The notes below the pieces were generated by a model. The model saw only the letters and a program-made list of their open reading frames with translations, was not told the origin of the DNA and did not search any database. The position numbers were made by a program, and so were the translations under genes. Below, one piece after another: positions 62,109-64,000 of a DNA stretch of 64,000 nt. Positions within the stretch are counted from its first letter, which is position 1. Each line of letters begins with the position of its first letter. The stretch lies in contig NC_082709.1 in the NCBI RefSeq assembly GCF_030144855.1, forward strand, positions 153,760,001-153,824,000, in the 5' to 3' direction. This DNA is from Hypanus sabinus. Taxonomy: Eukaryota.

Positions 62109-62195
62109 CGCTTGCAAAAGAAGAATCAGGATGCCTATTCAGACCTCAGGTTCAAACGACAGCATGATGCAGAGGCCGGAAGTGGACCAAAGCGG
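62109..62195 (+). CDS. CD247: CD3 zeta chain, exon 4 (rest of ITAM1 + basic stretch)
   Basis: Acceptor ttttttttacag| and donor |gtactt. 87 bp, RLQKKNQDAYSDLRFKRQHDAEAGSGPKR. Spliced to exon 3 it gives YERL-x7-YSDL, a canonical ITAM. Confidence 0.85.
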
Positions 62196-62579
62196 GTACT
62201 TTGTTTTCTCACTTTTTCCATGAAAGAGGAACCCATTCCAACCAGACATAAAACAACCATTCTACAACAGGAACATAATCAGCAGAGGTCTGGGGTAGCG
62301 ATCTGGGTGGATCAAAGAGGCTCAAAGCAAAAGAACTGGGATGTATCCATAGGTTAGGAGCCAAAGGCAGTAGTGAAGGAGTTCATCAAATCAAGCTGGC
62401 TGTCACTGAGGTGTGGGTGAAGATGATTGAAACAGAGGGAAGAATTTAGGATATAGGAGGGGGAGGTCTGTTGAGACAACGAATATAAGGAACAATAAGT
62501 GAAGAGGATATTAAACTCACATGATAGAGCTGTTGAAACTCAACATCTACTGTGTAGTTAGAATGAAGACAGTCATTGA

Positions 62580-62735
62580 AATGCTGACTTTTTCCATGCT
62601 TCCCAATCTGCTATTTCCTGCATCTACAGTATTTACTTTGATAAGGATATTTCTGATCTCTTTCTGAAGTCAGATGAAATTCAAAATAGGAAAGTTTCTT
62701 ACTAAGTTCCTCCAGCATTTTGTGTGTATTGCTAA
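62580..62735 (+). mobile_element. Penelope-like terminal repeat fragments
   Basis: atttcctgcatctacagtattt; ctaagttcctccagcattttgtgtgtattgc. Confidence 0.5.
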
Positions 62736-63469
62736 AAGTGTGAATGATTTCACATGAGACCATACCTAGAGTACTGTAAAAGGAAAATGTAGATATGGTG
62801 AGTCTTTTCTTCATGCCTTAAAGGCACTGTGGATTACTAGATTGTTTATGGGTATGGAGAGGTTACATTATGAGTGAAGATAGATTAACTTCATATTTTC
62901 TGGAGTTTGGAAGTATTACAGAAGCATCATTGATTTTGGAGGACCTCAATGACAAAGGAGCTGAGTGTACGTTTCCATTAGTGGGGAGCTTTGTTTTGGA
63001 GGAAGCAATCACTCATATAGCGTGAGATAAGAAATTACTTTGGAATTGCGAACAGCAGAGCTCTGTGGACATGGAATTAAGTACAGAGGTTTAAACTCAA
63101 GGAGTGCATATATCAGCCATATCAAGGACCTACAGATTACCAAGTTATATCTATTATATGCTGACAAACAATGCTGTACGGTGACTTTACTTTCATCAGG
63201 CAGTCCTAAAGTTACAGTCATGTCTGAAGTTGTGTCAGGCCTACATGCTGTTTCAACTATTTGGAGGTTCTATGCCAGTGGTGACTTACAGAAGCTGCCT
63301 GAATCTTTCTCCACTGCAACCTGCCCCTTATGTCTGTAGATGATTATTGGCAACACTAAGCACACAGGATTTCACATTTCCCGTGGCATTACTTGAAAAG
63401 AAGTTCTAAATTTAATGTGCAAATCTGAGGTCTTAGGACCACGAAAGTCCCATTAAATGGAATTAACCA

Positions 63470-64000
63470 ACTGAAAAGGCCAATCAGATAGCCCACCAAG
63501 AGAAATTGCAAGTAGATATTCCTGGGCATGGCAAAGAGAGTCTTTCAAATATTTGGGCATCATTATGCCAAAAGATTTGGCAAAATTATCAGAATGTAAT
63601 TATCAGCTTTTATATAAAAAATAGATATAACAAGATGGAACATAATTCCCTTTTATTAGTCTCAGTTCAAGGATTGAATCTATTAAAATGAATATACTGC
63701 ATTTTATATTCATAAGATATAATAACATTATATCTCTTACAGACCCTACCAATAGAGATTAATCAAAATCAATTCAATGAATTGAACAAAATGTTATCAA
63801 GATATATTTGGCAGGGTAAAAGACCTAGAGTTCATCTCAAAATTTTGCAATTAGCCAAGGAAAAGTGGGGATGGGGCCTACCTTCTCTTAGAGATTAATA
63901 TTTTGCAGCATAGTTGAGAGCTGTGATATGTTGGTGCAACCCATCATATGACACTCAATGTAAAAACATTGAGGGGATACTTCCCATTCCCCATGCAGGC
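63470..64000 (+). mobile_element. L1-clade LINE ORF2 fragment (post-RT), runs off the window
   Basis: KYLGIIMPKDL, RIESIKMNIL, LQTLPIEI...YIWQGKRPRVHLKILQLAKEKWGWGLPSL. Confidence 0.85.

Noticed and set aside
59473-62195. Calling the gene FCER1G (FcR gamma)
   Set aside because: FcR gamma splits this region into two tiny exons and stops just after the ITAM. Here there is one 69-bp exon and the ITAM exon continues to a donor, as in zeta.
1-64000. CRISPR array, rRNA genes, prokaryotic operons
   Set aside because: Eukaryotic intron/repeat DNA; recurring motifs are dispersed retroelement pieces, not regularly spaced repeats

Overview
Repeat-rich, AT-rich, CpG-depleted vertebrate genomic DNA. The repeat content (CR1, Rex1/Babar, L1, Penelope-like, V-/Deu-SINEs) suggests a cartilaginous fish, probably a ray; this is an inference. 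The only host gene I can identify with confidence is CD247 (TCR/CD3 zeta) on the + strand: three exons at 59473-59576 (TM), 60872-60940 and 62109-62195 (ITAM1). Its signal-peptide exon was not found, and the later exons probably lie beyond the window. The rest is intronic or intergenic DNA filled with decayed mobile elements. Main points: (1) a dispersed Penelope-derived repeat carrying a minimal hammerhead ribozyme motif, several copies forming fold-back palindromes; (2) a 5'-inverted (twin-primed) L1 with a 16-bp TSD; (3) an internally deleted LTR element with a tRNA-Ser PBS and a templated inverted LTR patch; (4) two PIF/Harbinger transposase relics; (5) an unexplained 44-bp inverted repeat pair 2.9 kb apart. 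Most repeat boundaries are approximate (tens of bp). The exon, TSD, PBS, hammerhead and 44-bp inverted repeat coordinates were counted by hand.
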